Assembly (NCBI RefSeq): GCF_006345805.1
Contig: NW_021827538.1
Span: 1 to 28,061 of the forward strand
From: Octopus sinensis
Taxonomy: Eukaryota
Length of the DNA stretch: 28,061 bases
Reading direction: 5' to 3'
The translations under genes and the position numbers were made by a program. The notes under the pieces are model-generated. The model was not told the origin of the DNA and made no database searches. It saw nothing but the letters and a program-made list of their open reading frames with translations. This document shows, in pieces, positions 1 through 11,090 of the stretch. Position 1 is the first letter of the stretch. Each line of letters begins with the position of its first letter.

Positions 1-59
1 ATGTCCCTGTAAATTTTGGAGCGAATCGGACGGGATGTAGTGGCATTGATAGCGATCCA
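1..59. repeat. Partial copy of the 110-bp unit duplicated at 2840-3059
   Basis: 1-59 matches 2999-3057 with one mismatch (gatagc vs gaaagc). It runs off the window start. Confidence 0.85.
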
Positions 60-60
60 A

Positions 61-374
61 GCAGCACGTAAAAAGCACCATCCGAACGTGGCCGATTGCA
101 GCACCGCCTTGACTTGCTTCTGTGCCGGTGGCACGTAAAAAGCACCATCCGATCGTTGCCACTGCGAGCCCCCCTGGCACCAGTGCCGGCGGCACGAAAA
201 AAGCACTCACTACACTCACAGAGTGGTTGGCGTTAGGAAGGTCATCCACCTGTAGAAACACTGCCAGATCAGACTGGAGCGTGGTGCAGCCTCCTGGCTT
301 CCCAGACCCCGGTCACACTGCCCAACCCGTGCTAGCACGGAAAACGGACGTTAAACGATGATGAGGATGATGAT
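61..374 (+). mobile_element. 5'-truncated RTE-LINE 3' tail or tail-derived short element
   Basis: Carries gagtggttggcgttaggaagg...gctagcacggaaaacggacgttaaac followed by (GAT)n, the same end as the RT element at 9221-10910. Has three gcacgtaaaaagcac-type modules. Confidence 0.85.
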
Positions 375-573
375 TCTCCGTATTTGTTTCTCTCTCTTTC
401 TCTCTCACTTTCCCACTCTCTACTTTTTTTTCTCTCGGACTCTCCCTCGCTTTCTCTTACTCTCTATCTTTATCTATCTTTCTCCCATTTATAAACAACA
501 GACGAACTTGCGAGCTGAATAAAAATAATAAAATATTGGAAACCAAAGTTTGAAGGGATAGAATCTGAGGATA

Positions 574-835
574 GTAGAGTCACCATGGCTGGCATTGTTA
601 ACGACGGACAGCAACGTAGTGACAGTTAAACGGCTGGCGTAAAATTTTGAACTTGATGTAAAAGAAAATTCGTAAACACCAAGTTTTGAAGTGATTCTTT
701 CTCACGACAGTAGACTCACCATGGCAAGCATTCAAAACTTCTTCATCATGGACGGCAACACATTGACGATTAAAAGGCTGGCGCAATTTGTTTAGCTTGA
801 TGTAACAGAGAATTCCTAAACACCCGCTCCTTGAA
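574..835. repeat. Diverged direct repeat, ~136-bp period, in an unclassified interspersed repeat
   Basis: gtagagtcaccatggc...ggctggcg...cttgatgtaa...taaacacc starts at 574 and again at 710. Confidence 0.7.
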
Positions 836-1062
836 ATTTTAATCCCCTTCCAGCCCCATTTAGACCCCTTTTCACATTTTGGTTAATATAACCCGATTTC
901 ATTCGGGTCTACTGGGGCCACATTTTATAAGATGAGGAATTTTGTCCTAGAGGTGACGCCTTTCATTTGAGGAACAAAATAGTTGTCATGCAAACTTGTC
1001 AGCACCTTTAACATAGGTGTGCATATTTTCAGCTGAATCGACCGACTACGTAATGCACACAT

Positions 1063-1076
1063 TATATATATATGTG

Positions 1077-1135
<59 letters not shown>

Positions 1136-1136
1136 A
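1063..1136. repeat. (TA)n/(TG)n microsatellite
   Basis: Direct reading. Confidence 0.95.
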
Positions 1137-1277
1137 CGCATTATATATACAAATGTATACAAATGAGATATATATCTGTATAAATTAAATTAGAGATAAA
1201 ACCACTAATAGGCAAATCAAACAGTGAAAAACCAAAAACAAAAACATAAAAAAAGAAAATATAACATAGAAAATATA

Positions 1278-2273
1278 TCTACATATATAAAAATGTAGTT
1301 GTGTGAGTGTCTGTCCCCTTCGATTTAGATTCCTAACTACTCCCACATTTTGCGGTGCAGTTTAACCAAATTCGGGTATCTTATAGTCGTGATTCATATC
1401 GAGCCCGTCTGGGTATTAGCGCGCGGTCTACGATGAGTCTACGATTTAAAAATAATTTAACATTATTTTTTTTATTCCATTTTAATGCATATTTTTTCGT
1501 GTGTCGATGGCGGCGGAGTTGGCGTCCACGCTCACGCCTGCACCTGTGTTGCTTCTCCCCCTTCCCTCCCTCGTGAAGCTGTGGGGAAGGGAGTGTAAGG
1601 AAATCAACGTCGTAATGCGTTGTGAAGGAGACCAGCGTTCTTTTAGAACAACGACTTCATGGCTTGAAGTTGCCAAAACAGAAATCGCTAAAAAAGCTGA
1701 AACAGATCCACAAAAACGGCAAAAACTGCCACACAGGGCAGGTTTCCTGTGCAAACAATTTGCACAACCGAATGTTTTAGTTGTTGCACAAATCTTTATA
1801 TATAAAAGTAAGGTTGTGTGCCTGTCTCCTACGATTTAGATTCCTAACTACTCCCACATTTTGCGGTGCAGTGTAACCAAAACCGGGTATCTTATAGTCG
1901 TGATTCATATCGAGCCCTTCTGGGTATTAGTCTACGATTTAAAAAAAAATTACCATCATTCTTTATTCCATTTTAATGCATTTTTTCGCTATTATATAAG
2001 GGAAGGACTCTCTAAAAATGTCTACGATGAGTCAACGATTAAAAAAAAATTACCATCATTTTTTATTCCATTTTAATGCATTTTTCGCTATTATATAAGG
2101 GAAGTAACACTCTAAAAATGTCTACGATGAGTCAACGATTTAAAAAAAAATTACTATAATTTTTTATTCCATTTTTAATGCATTTTTTGCTATTTTTTTT
2201 GCTATAACTCACTAAAAATGCTTATATAGTTATTTCCCTTACAAACCCGAGCAACGCCAGGCGATACTGCTAG
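1278..2273 (+). mobile_element. Non-autonomous Helitron-like element with two tandem 5' modules
   Basis: 5' A|TC at 1278 (tctacatatataaaa) and at 1793 (tctttatatataaaa), each followed by the same ~150-bp homologous block. The 3' end is a GC-rich subterminal hairpin (cccgagcaacgccagg) then CTAG|T at 2270-2274. Confidence 0.75.
1934..2195. repeat. ~100-bp tandem repeat, ~2.6 copies, inside the Helitron
   Basis: acgatt(t)aaaaaaaaattac...ttattccattttaatgcatttt recurs at 1934, 2035 and 2135. Confidence 0.9.
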
Positions 2274-2424
2274 TAAAATATAAAATTGAAAACTTTAAAT
2301 TATTTAAATTGAAAATAAAATTATTAAATTATATTTATAATTTGTTTAAAAATATATATAACTATGAAAAAGTATGAAAAAGTTAAATATATATAAATAC
2401 AGATACATACACTTTGTATATATA

Positions 2425-2547
2425 CATTATATATACATATTTATATATAGAACACACACACACACACATACCTTATATATACATATTTATATATAGAACA
2501 CACACACACACACACACATACATTATATATACATATTTATATATAGA

Positions 2548-2576
<29 letters not shown>
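2425..2576. repeat. Triplicated compound microsatellite unit (46-56 bp)
   Basis: cattatatatacatatttatatatagaa(ca)n-ta units start at 2425, 2471 and 2521. Confidence 0.9.
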
Positions 2577-2578
<2 letters not shown>

Positions 2579-2839
2579 AATGAACGCAAGAATATCTGAT
2601 TCATAATATTTGTTCTCATGCTCGTGTGTCGTTTGTTGGTGACAGACATATACTTAAAAGAACAACGCCGATGTGATAGGAAGGTAGGAAACAGTGTCAG
2701 TGAAAAAGAAAGGAAATAGCGATAGTGACAGATACTTTAAATAACGGTAGTGGACTTCTGAAAGTTATGAAGAGGAGTGAGAGAGTACTGGAGGAAGTAG
2801 GGTGAGTGAGGAAGATGGCCCCTAGCAACCACACCTTTT

Positions 2840-3059
2840 AAGATAGGGATTTCTAAGGTAGCCCACGCGCATCGTCACCTCATTCTACATGTCCCTGTAA
2901 ATGTTGGAGCGAATCGGACGGGATGTAGTGGCATTGAAAGCGATCCAAGAAGATAGGGATTTCTAAGGTAGCCCACGCGCATCGTCACCTCATTCTACAT
3001 GTCCCTGTAAATTTTGGAGCGAATCGGACGGGATGTAGTGGCATTGAAAGCGATCCAAG
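2840..3059. repeat. 110-bp tandem duplication
   Basis: 2840-2949 and 2950-3059 differ by one substitution (atgttgg vs attttgg). Confidence 0.95.
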
Positions 3060-3102
3060 CGGTAAAAACGCATTTCAGTTTTATATATAAATATATATAT
3101 AT

Positions 3103-3196
<94 letters not shown>

Positions 3197-3225
3197 TGAT
3201 AGATAGATAGATAGATAGATAGATA
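3103..3225. repeat. (GATA)n microsatellite
   Basis: Direct reading. Confidence 0.95.
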
Positions 3226-3325
3226 TGGAGTTAAACACGGGTGTTGTTCAAATTCTTTTACTTCCTGGTACCTGTTTATGTATTTTTTCTGTGTTAATTG
3301 TTAACAAGGAAAAATACTATTCATT

Positions 3326-3389
<64 letters not shown>

Positions 3390-3394
3390 TGTGC

Positions 3395-3597
3395 ATCTGT
3401 GACTGTCCACCCTCACCATCGTTTGAGAAACAGTGTTGCTGTGTTTACTCCCTATAACTTGGCAGTTCAAAAAAAGACCAATAGAAAAACTACTAAGCTT
3501 ACAAAGAGTAAGGCCTGGGATCGATTTCTTCTACTAAAGGTGGTGCTCCAGCATGACCACATTGAAATTACTGAAACAAGTAAAGGAATAAGAGAAT
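3395..3597 (+). mobile_element. 3' part of a tRNA-derived SINE, diverged
   Basis: Homologous to the 3' halves of the SINEs at 8362-8710 and 22932-23320 (aaggtggtgctccagcatg...actgaaacaagtaaaggaata). Confidence 0.75.
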
Positions 3598-3932
3598 ACA
3601 TATACATATGTGCACACATACATATAAGTTAGTTCCTGGTAGATTATTTGCAGAGAAACCCAACCTGAGCTCTGGGCTGTTGGATTCCAGACCAATACCA
3701 AAATTCTTCAAGCATAAGAAATGCCGGTTTCACAACAGTAACACCATAGTTATGTTACTATCATACACAAACATGTATATATATATACATACATGTGTAT
3801 ATATAAACATGTGAGTGTGTATGTGTATATATATACACACATATATATATATATATACATACGTATATAAAAATAAGCATATCTATATATATGTGTGTAT
3901 TTATGAGAAGGTTGTATGTTATTTCAGGAAAA

Positions 3933-4260
3933 TTTCTTTATTATTTCTAACAAGACTATGGCTATGCTGGAGCACTGCCTTTAATTGAGGAAATCGACCC
4001 AGGATTTTTTCTTTGTAAGCCTAGTACTTATTCTATCAGTCTCTTTTCCTAAACTGCTAAGCTATGGGGGACATATACACACAGACACATACATATATAT
4101 ACAATGGGCTTCTTTCAGTTTCCATCTACCAAATCTACTTACAAGGCTTTGGTTGGCCCCAGGCTATAGTAGAAGTCACTTGTGCAAGGTGCCACACAGT
4201 GGGACTGAACCCAGAGCCATGTGGTTGGTAAGCAATCTACTTACTACACAGCCGCTCCCA
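3933..4260 (-). mobile_element. tRNA-derived SINE
   Basis: The minus strand starts ggagcggctgtgtagtaag with B-box-like ggttcagtccc. Body and 3' end are shared with the other copies. Confidence 0.85.
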
Positions 4261-4369
4261 CACCTATACACACATAGAAATGTATATACACACAGACATG
4301 TACATATGTGTATATCCATCTATATATACATACATAAAGATGTATACACACACACACACACGAGGAGGC

Positions 4370-4500
4370 AATGCCTACTACTCCCGGATATATTATAAGT
4401 ATCCTCTTAACTGTTGCCATATCTTCATTGCTGTTCGAGCGAAGCAGACTCACAGGATATTTCTGAGACAGAAAGACTTCAAGCCAGTATCAAAACCCAA
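4370..4500 (-). mobile_element. Possible ancient LINE C-terminal fragment
   Basis: The minus strand reads roughly CLRNIL*VC...SNED across a stop and a shift, resembling the RTE/CR1 CLRRIL..W...SNEE motif. Confidence 0.3.
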
Positions 4501-6339
4501 TAACCAACCCTGGTAAATAATATTCTTCTCCTATTTATTTAACACACACTTTACCACCACATTTACACTGCTAAACATTCATTAGACTTATTTCAAACAT
4601 AAATATACTGTTATATAGATATTGTTTTATTTGCACACACCATTTTATAGACTAAACATTGTTTAAACATTTTGCATTGTCACATCACATGTAAAACCTT
4701 TCATTTCCAGAATATAAAGTATGGTTGTGTTATAACTATGTCAAAACTATTTGATGGAAATGTTCATCTAAGGATACATCATTTTACGTAGTTTAAAGTG
4801 GATTTCTAAGTCTCAAGTGAAATTTAAAATTTGCAAATTAATTTCATGGCAGATAAATTAATTGGCTGTTTTTCATAAACTTAATTTTTTAAAAGCTTTG
4901 TTGAGGGAGAAGGGCCTTGCATACGACCCTTTCATTTTCCAGGGTCTCTGACAGGGATGAGTGGGAGAAACACATTCTCAAAACAAGGGGCCTAATGTGA
5001 ATGCAGACAAAAGAGAAATCCTCTGCTAAAAGCAGCTCAGGGGCCAGCTTTTGGTGTGAAATTTGGTGATAGATTTAGTCTGCAACATAGGGTGGCCACA
5101 ATGGGATTTGAACTCAGTTCATAAAGAACCACATTACCTACTGGAAGGCATCGTGTCCAATATTTAATTCTACCACCTCAAACTAGTATTTAAATTATTG
5201 ACCCCTGCATAATAAAAGTCAAAGTTGACCATGCCAGAATTTGAACCCAGAACACAAAGTGTCAGTACTAATACCATTCTAACGACTCTACTAATTGAAA
5301 TGTTTTTAACTGATTTTTTATTTCAATATTAAACTTTGTATATAAATGGAATTGTTCTGGTGATTTCATTTCTATTTTATATCTTGAAGCAAACAAGAAG
5401 AATTGTTTAAATATTAAACAATTTGGTGACAACATATATTTTCTCTCTCAGCACATCTTCATCCTACATCAACATTTTAATGTGCAATGCATTAAATATG
5501 TTTTCTCACCATCTTCAATATTATTTATCAGATGGATGGCTTCTGAGAATTACTTCACCTTGTCTGCATTTATTATAAATTCTTACAAACTAACAACAAA
5601 GTCCCTAAAATGCCCCTAAAAACATATTCAATCATGACAACTTATGGGAGAGTCATGGTTAGAGAGTTTTTGACTATAGCATTGCTAGACAAGAATTAAC
5701 TTTCAGGTAAAAATCAAAAATGGAAATCATAGTTTTAATATATTTTAAACAAATGTATTTCTTTTCTTTTAAATATATTTACTGTTTATAAAAATAATTT
5801 TAATGTTTCAATATTTCAACTTTATAAATTGTATTTTGGAATTATAAAAGTTAAGCATCCTATTAAATTAAAAAAGATTGTATTTTTAATATATTTTTAT
5901 AAATTACATTTAAATATTGTAATTTTAATAATAATAATCTATGTTATAAATTTGTATATTTCTTTAAGTTAACCAAGAGAATTGTCTAAAAATTAAACAA
6001 TTCCAAGGTAACATCAGATATACCAATGAACATGCACCTGTGTATAATTTAATTAATCATTTGTTATTACCTGGCCAAGGTACGACCTGGTTATGTTTCT
6101 CTAATGATGCTCTCTCAAGCAATAATATATTCATAGAAATCAAACAGTTAAACAAGTGAACTTATTCATGTAAAAAGGGGTCAGTTGGCAAAGGCATTCA
6201 CACATTTTACTAAAAGACTGTTTCTAGTATCTGCTCTGGTGCCCTGAGTTCAATACCAAGTGAGGTCAGCTTTACTTTATATTATGATTGATAAAGAAAC
6301 AGTCAAGTACTGGAGTAGATTTGTCATCATTGTTGTTGT

Positions 6340-6800
6340 TCTTCCTCTTCAACCACTTCTTTCTTGCTACGTGCAAGACATTGCCAGGGGTTACACAAGT
6401 AGAGAGAAAGGCTCCTCCAGATTTCAAATCTCTTCAAGTCATTCTATATCTTATGTCATCTGGTTGACCACTTTTGATTTTAAATACAGCCTGAGAGGTC
6501 AGATCTTCTGATGCTGTTTTTCAACTTATTTTCCATCAATGTAGACCCAGAGTTTGTTTACATGCCTCCTCTTCATCCATTTCCTCCCTCTTTCATCGTT
6601 CTTCTCTTTGTTTATATTATCAAGTCTGCAACAACTGTTGTAGTTGACCCTTCCACTTTTTTCAGTCGTTTAAGGCTCTGGTCTCAAAGACACCCATCCG
6701 GTCACTGCCACTGTGCTTCTGTTGTTGTTGTTGTTGTCAACACCAGCTCATTGGCCATTCCCAGCATCAGCTCTGCCACTATAAATCCGTATGGAGTCAG
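6340..6800 (-). mobile_element. Degraded RTE-like LINE ORF2 C-terminus
   Basis: Across frameshifts the minus strand gives VFETRAL(K)RL, RKW..HV, GQP and WQCLARS in the order expected for RTE C-terminal motifs. Confidence 0.5.
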
Positions 6801-6853
6801 GATCTTTAGGTTTGTGAATCTGTGGTGTATATATATATATATATACACACACA

Positions 6854-7008
6854 CAGGAGTGGCTGTGTGGTAAGAAGCTTACTTCCCAACCACATAGTTC
6901 CGGGTTCAGTTCCACTGCGTGATACTTTGAGCAAGTGTTTACTATTATAGCCTCAGGCCAACCAAAGACTTGTGAGAGGATTTGGTAGATGGAAATGAAA
7001 GAAGCCCG
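6854..7008 (+). mobile_element. SINE 5' half (tRNA head), interrupted by an insertion
   Basis: caggagtggctgtgtggtaag (A box), ccgggttcagttcc (B box), body to gaaagaagcccgat. Confidence 0.85.
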
Positions 7009-7498
7009 ATATCATCATCATCATCATCATTGTTTAACGTCCGCTTTCCATGCTGTCATGGGTTGGACAATTTGAGTGAGGACTGGCGAACCAGATGGTT
7101 GCACCAGGCTCCAATCTCATCTGGCAGAGTTTCTATAGCTGGATGCCCTTCCTAATGCCAACCATTCCGAGAGTGTACTGGCTGCTTTTACGTTACACTG
7201 GCACAAGGGCCATCCAGGCGATACTGGCCACATCCACTCTCAAATGGTGCCTTTTACGTGCCACCTGTACAGGAGCCAGTCCAGTGGCACTGGCAACAAC
7301 CTCGCTCGAATCATTTTATGTGCCACCAGCACAAGTGCCAATGAGGCAATGCTGGTAATGATCACACTCAAATGGTGCTTTTCATGTGCCACCAGCATGG
7401 GAGCCAGACAGCTGCTCTGGCAATGATCACACTCGGATGGTGCTGTTAGCACTCCACTGGCACGGGTGCCAGTCATCGAATTTGGTTCAATTTCGATT
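7009..7498 (-). mobile_element. RTE-tail element nested in a SINE
   Basis: (ATC)n tail at the left, reverse complement of the RTE 3' end, about five internal ggtgc-tttt-gtgccac modules. Confidence 0.85.
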
Positions 7499-7499
7499 A

Positions 7500-7729
7500 T
7501 ATATATATATGTGTGTGTGTATATGTTTGTGTTTATGTTTGTCCCCCAGCTTTGCTTGACAACCGATTTTGGTGGGTTTGCGTCCCTGTATCTTAGCGAT
7601 TTGGCAAAAGAGACTGATAGAATAAGTATTGGGCAAAACAAAGAATAAGAACTGGGGTCCGTTTATATTTGACTACAGGCGGTGCTCCAGCATGGCTGCA
7701 GTCAATTGACTGAAACAAATAAAGGAATA
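7500..7729 (+). mobile_element. SINE 3' half, continuing 6854-7008
   Basis: TG-rich linker, then ttgacaaccga...ggcggtgctccagcatggctgcagtcaattgactgaaacaaataaaggaata. Confidence 0.8.
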
Positions 7730-7737
7730 CAATATAT

Positions 7738-7769
<32 letters not shown>

Positions 7770-8142
7770 CTAGCAGTATCGCCCGGCGTTGCTCGGCTTT
7801 GTAAGGGAAATAACTATAAAGCATTTTTAGAGAGTTATAGCAAAATAATGGAAAAAAATTTTGGTAAATTTATTATTTTTGAGAGTTAAAAAGGTGGAGT
7901 TGCGTCTCCTAGACAGTCTGTGGTTTGTGTTTCTGATTCTCGACCCCATGTCGAATTTATCGATTTTTTTCAGAACGGGGGAACTTTTCAAAATTTTCGC
8001 TGCGTTAGTTTTGAATTATGACATTGGGCTATGTGTGTCAAGTTTCATCAGAATAGGTTCAAAGCCGTGGTCAGGGTGAGGGTACAACCTAACAGACACA
8101 CAGAAACACACACAGACAAACTGCCATTTATATATAGAGAGA
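7770..8142 (-). mobile_element. Non-autonomous Helitron-like element
   Basis: The minus strand reads A|TCTCTCTATATATAAATGG at the 5' end. Its 3' end, ccgagcaacgccgggcgatactgCTAG|T, is nearly identical to the 3' end at ~2205-2273. Confidence 0.8.
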
Positions 8143-8189
8143 GATATGTATGTATATTATATATATATATATATATATATAGATATATA

Positions 8190-8241
<52 letters not shown>

Positions 8242-8290
8242 TTTATATATATATACATATATATACATACATAACATATATATATATTAT
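8143..8290. repeat. (TA)n-rich microsatellite tract
   Basis: Direct reading. Confidence 0.9.
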
Positions 8291-8361
8291 GAGAGACAAC
8301 GTAAAGGGGGAATGGTAATGTGGGAGGTGACAAGAATTAGAAGCAGTGGGGCAAGGGCACA

Positions 8362-8710
8362 AGAGTGGTTGTGTGGTAAGAAGCATGCTTGCCAACCACA
8401 TGGCTCTGGGTTCAGTCCCATTGCATGGCACATTGGGCAAATCAAAACCTTGTGAGTGGATCTGTTAGACGGAAACTGAAAGAAGCCCATCAGATATATT
8501 TATGTGTCTCTGCTTCTCCCACCAACAGAGCTTGACAACCAATATTGGTATGTTTACATCCCTGTAACTTAGCAATTTGGCTAAAGAGACCAATAGAATA
8601 AGTATTGTTCTTAGAAAGAATAAGTCCTGAGGTTGATTTGTTTGACTAAAGGCAGTGCTCCAGCATGGCCACACTCAAATGACTGAAGCAAGTACAAGAA
8701 TAAAGGAATA
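8362..8710 (+). mobile_element. tRNA-derived SINE, near full length with an internal deletion
   Basis: gagtggttgtgtggtaag A box, ctgggttcagtccc B box, shared body and 3' end. Confidence 0.85.
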
Positions 8711-8721
8711 CATATATATAC

Positions 8722-9054
8722 ACGTCGCCTTACTGGCACTTGTGCCTGGGCTAGTAGGGTGCTAAGAGCACCATCCAAGCGTGATCGTTGCCAGAGTGGT
8801 TAACTGGCTTCCGTGTCAGTGGAACGTAAAAGACACCATTCGAGCGAGGTCGTTGCCAGTACTGCCTGACTGGCATGTAAAATGCACCCACTACAGTCTC
8901 GGAGTGGTTGGCATTAGGAAGGGCATCCAGCTGTAGAAACTCTGCCAGATAAACATTGGAGCCTGAAGCAGCCATCTGGTTTGCCAGCCCTCAGTCAAAA
9001 TCGTCCAACCCATGCTAGCATGGAAGGCAGACGTTAAACGATGATGATGATGAT
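8722..9054 (+). mobile_element. RTE-tail element
   Basis: ggagtggttggcattaggaagggcatccagctgtagaaac...gacgttaaac followed by (GAT)n. Confidence 0.85.
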
Positions 9055-9083
9055 ACATAATATATATATATCTATATATATAT

Positions 9084-9134
9084 ACATCATCATCATCGTT
9101 TAGCGTCCGTTTTCCATGCTAGTATGGGTTGGAC

Positions 9135-9135
<1 letters not shown>
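9084..9135 (-). mobile_element. Very short RTE-tail copy, tail-to-tail with 8722-9054
   Basis: Reverse complement of 9002-9054 with a few mismatches. Confidence 0.8.
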
Positions 9136-9183
<48 letters not shown>

Positions 9184-9220
9184 ATATATATATATATATA
9201 TAGATATATATAATATATGA

Positions 9221-10910
9221 AAGCAGTTCGGTTTTGTACCAGGTAGAAGCACCACTGATGCTATATTCCTGGTCCGACAACTGCAGGAGAAGTACCTAGC
9301 TAAAGATAAACCCCTCTACATAGCTTTGTAGACTTTGGAGAAAGCCTTTGACAGGGTTCCCCGTTCCCTTATCTGGTGGTCGATGCGGAAACTGGAGATT
9401 GAAGAATGGCTAATAAGGGCTGTACAGGCTCTATACAGAGAAGCTGTCAGCAAGGTTAGGATGGCAACGAATATAGTGAAGAATTCCGGGTAGAAGTAGG
9501 TGTGCACCAGGGCTCAGCCCTCAGTCCCCTTTTATTCATCATAGTCCTTCAGGCAATAACAGAGGAATTCAAAACGGGATGCCCCTGGGAGCTCCTCTAT
9601 GCCGATGACCTAGCTCTCATAGCAGAATCACTACCGGAACTAGAAGAGAAATTCGGGTGTGGAAGCAAGGGTTGGAATCAAAGGGCCTTAGAATAAATGT
9701 AGCAAAGACCAAAGTATTAGTAAGCAGCAAGAGGTACTCAGCACACATCCCTCGGGTAGGTGGCCCTGCTCAACCTGTAGGAAAGGTACAGGTAGAAACT
9801 CCATAAGATGCACCCAATGTAAGTTATGGACACATAAGAGGTGCAGCAACATTAAAGGGAAATTAACAGATAAGATAGCTTTCATGTGCGGCAGATGCAC
9901 AGGGACAATAGACACAACAGACACTCAGAAAACAGATTCCATCACACTCCAGGGAGAGAAACTAGAAGTAGTTGATAGTTTCCGCTACCTGGGTGACCAA
10001 GTTAGTAGCGGAGGTGGATGCACAGAGAGTATCACCACTAGAATACGAATAGCTGGGCAAAGTTCAGAAAGCTCCTACCCCTACTGGCAACAAAAGGTCT
10101 CTCCCTCAGAGCAAAAGGTAGATTGTATGATGCATGTGTGCGAACTGCCATGCTTCACGGTAATGAAACATGGGCTGTGACTGCAGAAGACATGCGTAGA
10201 CTTGAAAGAAATGAAGCTAGCATGATCCGCTGGATGTGTAGTGTCAGTGTGCACGCAAAACAGAGTGTAAGTATCTCTGAGAGAAATGCTGGATATAAGA
10301 AGCATCAGATGTGGTGTGCAAGAGCGACGCTTGCGATGGTATGGTCATGTGCTGCGGATGGATGAAGAGAGATGTGTGAAGAAGTGCCACTCCCAAACAG
10401 TTGAAGGTATCAGGGGGAGAGGTAGACCCAGGTAGACATGGGATGAGGTGGTCAAGCATGACCTCAGAGCATTGGGCCTCACTGAGGCAATGGCGAAGGA
10501 CCGAGATCTCTGGAGATATGCTGTGACTACAAAGACCCGGGCTGCTTTCTGCAGCAATTCCACATACCCCCTACCCATTCTAAGTACCCCGGATCCCCAA
10601 AGTACCCTGGATTCCCAAAGTACCCCGATCCCCAAAGTACCCCGGACCTCGTTGCCCCCGTGCCGTTGACACGTTAAAATGCTCGAACCGATCGTGACGA
10701 TGCCGGACCCTCCGGCCCCTGTGCAGGTGGCACGTAAAAAGCACCCAATCCACTCACGGAGTGGTTGGCGTTAGGAAGGGCATCCAGCCGTAGAAACTCT
10801 GCCAGATTCAGACTGGAGCCTGGAGCGGCCCCTGGCTTCCCAGACCCGGTCGAACCGTCCAACCCGTGCTAGCGCGGAAAGCGGACGTTAAACGATGATG
10901 ATGATGATGA
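9221..10910 (+). mobile_element. 5'-truncated, frameshifted RTE-clade non-LTR retrotransposon (RT, PHD finger, C-terminus, 3' UTR)
   Basis: Across frameshifts it translates as QFGFVPGRSTTDAIFLVRQLQEK, EKAFDRVP, VHQGSALSPLLF, LLYADDL (YADD catalytic motif), KTKV, LEVVDSFRYLG, MLHGNETW and RRLRWYGHV. It ends with a 3' UTR and (GAT)n. Confidence 0.92.
10582..10651 (+). repeat. 18-bp minisatellite (aagtaccccggatcccca), 4 copies, in the RTE 3' UTR
   Basis: Units start at 10582, 10600, 10618 and 10635. Confidence 0.9.
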
Positions 10911-10959
10911 AATAACAAAATTATGAGAGAGAAAATACATCATCTGATATATTATAAAG

Positions 10960-11090
10960 GTTTTGACATCCATTTTCCCTAACTGGCATGGGTAGGACAG
11001 TTGACGAGGAAGCAGTGAACCAGAGGACATTGCTGAGCTCCAATGAAAGATTTGGCAAGATTTCTACAGCTGGATGATCTTCTTAACACC
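10960..11090 (-). mobile_element. Old degenerate RTE-tail copy
   Basis: gcatgggtaggacag...tggcaagatttctacagctggatg is homologous to the other tails. Confidence 0.6.

Noticed and set aside
1501-1839. 112-aa ORF in the GC-rich block
   Set aside because: It lies within the Helitron-like element, runs into its second 5' module, and has no recognisable domain.
925-3238. ORFs with HTHT, YIYI or YLSI runs (925-1137, 2414-2599, 2990-3238; similar ones at 11461, 21488-22018, 22504-23287)
   Set aside because: They are translations of (CA), (TA) and (GATA) microsatellites and SINEs, with no protein signal.
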